DNA of 63,388 bases, the filler included, from Stramenopiles sp. TOSAG23-6 (lineage: Eukaryota): NCBI GenBank assembly GCA_900128565.1. It is 51 parts of 51 records of this genome, joined end to end, with 100 filler letters (N's around TTAATTAATTAA, not from the genome) between each part and the next. Parts side by side here need not be neighbours in the genome. Positions count along the whole stretch, not along the records: positions 61,017 to 62,152 come from LT639645.1; positions 62,253 to 63,388 come from LT639646.1; 49 more parts are not named here. One strand, given 5' to 3'. The notes under the pieces are model-generated. The model searched no databases. It was not told where the DNA came from and saw only the letters and a program-made list of their open reading frames with translations. The translations under genes were made by a program, and so were the position numbers. Below, in pieces: positions 61,089 through 63,388 of the stretch (positions are counted from its first letter, which is position 1; every line of letters begins with the position of its first letter).

Positions 61089-62039
61089 GTAGCATCAGAA
61101 AATACAAACTTGGAATCATCTGAATCTACGACGCAATTTGATACTAGACAAAAAGAATATGATACAAATTATGGTACAAACTATGATACGAAAGAGACGG
61201 ATATACACAATGTTACTATAGATAGTAATAATAATGGAAAAGGTTGGTTAACAAAAGCACAAGCAGATTTGTGCCATGGAGGAATTGCACGTACAACAAT
61301 TCGTGTTGGAGATATTCGAAAAGGGAAGAAAATTGCTACAAAAATGGGTAATATTGTATTATTATGTCAATGTGCAAGTATTTTAGAATCTATGAAACAA
61401 TATCAAGATGCGGCTGAATTATATGAAGAAGCACAAAAATTTGAAGATGCAACGGCCTTATATATAAAAACAAAAAATTTCACAAAAGCTGCACCTCTTA
61501 TGTCAAGAATAAAATCGACAAAGCTACATTCTCAATTTGCAAAAGCAAAGGAAGCAATGAAGGATTATGAGGAAGCATCAGTTGCTTATGAACGTGCAAA
61601 TGATATGGATTCTGTAGTACGTTTGTATCTATATAACTTAAATTTACAGCATAAAGCAATATCTATTGTGAGACGGAATCATTCTTCCACAAGTGCTGAT
61701 TTAGTAGCTGCGTATTGTACAAAATCAGGAGATTCTCTTGGTGCAATTGAGTTTCTTCTCATGGCAAAGCGATCCGAAGAAGCATTTGATATAGCCGTTC
61801 AGAGTATTGAGGGTATACAGGTGTATGCTGATGCATTGAAGAATAAAGGTACAGCCGAAGAATTTACAAAAGTAGCTAAATTTTATGAAAAGAAGAAAAT
61901 GTATGCAAAAGCTGGTGAATATTTTTCATGTTCAGGTCAATATAACAAAGCATTAAAGTATTTCTTATTATGTGGCGAAAAACAAATTGATGCAGCTATC
62001 AAATTAGTTGGTGAAGCGAGGTCTGATATGTTGACTCAT
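61089..62039 (+). CDS. WDR19: Intraflagellar transport protein IFT144/WDR19, internal exon
   Basis: GIARTTIR.GD...G, C..ILE, KLH.QFAKAKE, DSVVRLYL, A..VA, AIEFL, AG.YF...GQY.KALK.FL.C. Flanked by a CAATACAT| acceptor and a CAT|GTACGT donor. Confidence 0.92.
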
Positions 62040-62252
62040 GTACGTTTTTTTTTCTTTACATTTCGAATTCACTTTTTTTTTTTTTTTTTTTTTTTTCATA
62101 CGAAATTTTGTACCTAACAAAAAATTTTTACTAAAAAAAAAAAAAAATATTTNNNNNNNNNNNNNNNNNNNNNNNNNNNNNNNNNNNNNNNNNNNNTTAA
62201 TTAATTAANNNNNNNNNNNNNNNNNNNNNNNNNNNNNNNNNNNNNNNNNNNN

Positions 62253-62611
62253 TTTTACTGGCGATTGGCGCTGATATTGATGAGGCTAATATCTCTGGAG
62301 AAACCCCATTGTTTATTGCTTTACGGAATGATCATGTTGAAGTAGCTCAACTACTTATTGATTCTGGTGCTGATGTCAATCAGTCTCCTACAAAAGGGAA
62401 TTTGAGTGGACAATCCCCATTGTATAGGGTTTCACAGGAGGGTCGTGTTGAAGTAGTTGCAAAACTTATTCAAGCAGATGCTGACATCAACAAGCTCAAC
62501 ACGAAACAAAAAAATGCTGCATTGAAATTTGCTCAAGAAAAAAAATATGAAAAAGTAGTTCAAAAACTTAAGTCCAACCTCAATTCTTGGGGGTTTCCAT
62601 CGTGGTGGTAG
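62253..62611 (+). CDS. Ankyrin repeat protein C-terminus
   Basis: GETPLFIA..NDH.EVAQLLIDSGADVN and GQSPLY..SQEG..EVV..LI. Confidence 0.9.
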
Positions 62612-62794
62612 ATCACGTACAAGCAAAAGGGCGGAGCTTCCCTCAATTGGTTATAACAGTAACTATATATTTACTGTAGTACTAAATGAAAATGCCTTTT
62701 TTTTACCAAAAATATAAAAAATATACAAAAAACTTTCTCCTTTTAGTGTCACACGAAATAATTGTTTTTATGTGTTTAACCCTAACCTGAAACC

Positions 62795-63104
62795 TAGTCT
62801 ACGCGGATTTACTCCATTGTGGATTGCTTCAATGAAAGATGCTAATGTTGATACGGCTGATCTCCCCTTGGGAAAGAACCCCATTTGTTGCTGGTGCTAA
62901 AGTCGACGAGGTTTTTCATGTGGTGGATTAACTATATTTGGTGCTAGATTAACTCCATTGTTTGCTTAAACTACTTTTCTTGATAAAGGTGCTAATGTCA
63001 ATCATGTTAATAAAAACGGATTTGCTCCATTCTATATGGCTTCACAGAAAGATCATTCAAGTGTAGTAGTTCAACTACTCAAGAAATTTAAAAAAAATGT
63101 TTGA
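62795..63104 (+). pseudogene. Degenerate ankyrin repeat fragments
   Basis: GFTPLWIASM.. and KGANVNHVNKNGFAPFYMASQ.DH..VV pieces broken by stops and frameshifts. Confidence 0.55.
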
Positions 63105-63388
63105 AAATTGTTTGAAAATAGGAGGCTAGGGTGATGGTTAGGGTTACTGTTATTCAGTACTTATTAGAAAAGTTCAAATCTTATTGAATGGAGTATGAAA
63201 ATAAATAAATAAATGTAATTTTAGTAAAGTATTCTTTATTATTTCCAAAAAGAGCTGAAGCGGGTTTGTAATTTTATGTAGATTAGGGATGATTACGGTT
63301 AGGGTAGATTGATGCCGTGTGGAAATACTAAAGGTTCAAGTACATGTATATTTGCATTTGTTGTTTTACAATTTTGTGAAGTGATTAT

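Noticed and set aside
10183-62040. Reading the introns as U12-type AT-AC (ATGTATGT...AATAC)
   Set aside because: There is no ATATCCTT donor. The 2-nt shift fails where the exon does not end in AT (10385 AG, 16453 GG, 28207 AC, 44292 TC) or the intron ends TTAT/AAAT. AG-ending siblings fix the register.
1153-62252. Regularly spaced TTAATTAATTAA motif suggesting a repeat array or CRISPR
   Set aside because: It is always embedded in fixed N runs. It is an artificial six-frame-stop linker, and neighbouring contigs are unrelated, so no gene-cluster inference is valid.

Overview
This is not contiguous genome. It is about 51 unrelated ~1.14-1.15 kb contigs, sorted by length and joined by an artificial N44-TTAATTAATTAA-N44 spacer; several contigs are exact duplicates or triplicates. 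The source is an AT-rich, flagellated (IFT144/WDR19) eukaryote using the standard code, probably a single-cell or metagenomic assembly, since fold-back and inversion chimeras are present. Recognisable genes include Sen54-like, Sec24, ABCD transporter, M12B metalloprotease, IP3R/RyR-like channel, USP, Mps1-like kinase, TOPBP1-like, NDUFS6, METTL26 and a PKS AT domain. The main finding is a non-canonical spliceosomal intron system. By manual reading, 22 of 24 introns with both ends assignable run GT...AT and only 2 run GT...AG. Reading frames and conserved motifs (Sec24 HHIGGK, PH-domain Trp, IP3R SYNIV, reprolysin HLF and Met-turn) are restored with the AT acceptor. The introns share a donor (AT|GTAYGT), a palindromic element plus extended branch site (TTTCGTACGAAATTTTGTACCTAAC) and an acceptor box (GAAATATTTTT-CCAAAATACAT or -CACAATACAT). 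This architecture also reads as a GTAT...ATAC inverted-repeat element flanked by an AT duplication (introner-like). Short TTAGGG telomere-type repeats are scattered in frame through exons of the same contigs. All counts were made by eye and no RNA evidence is available.
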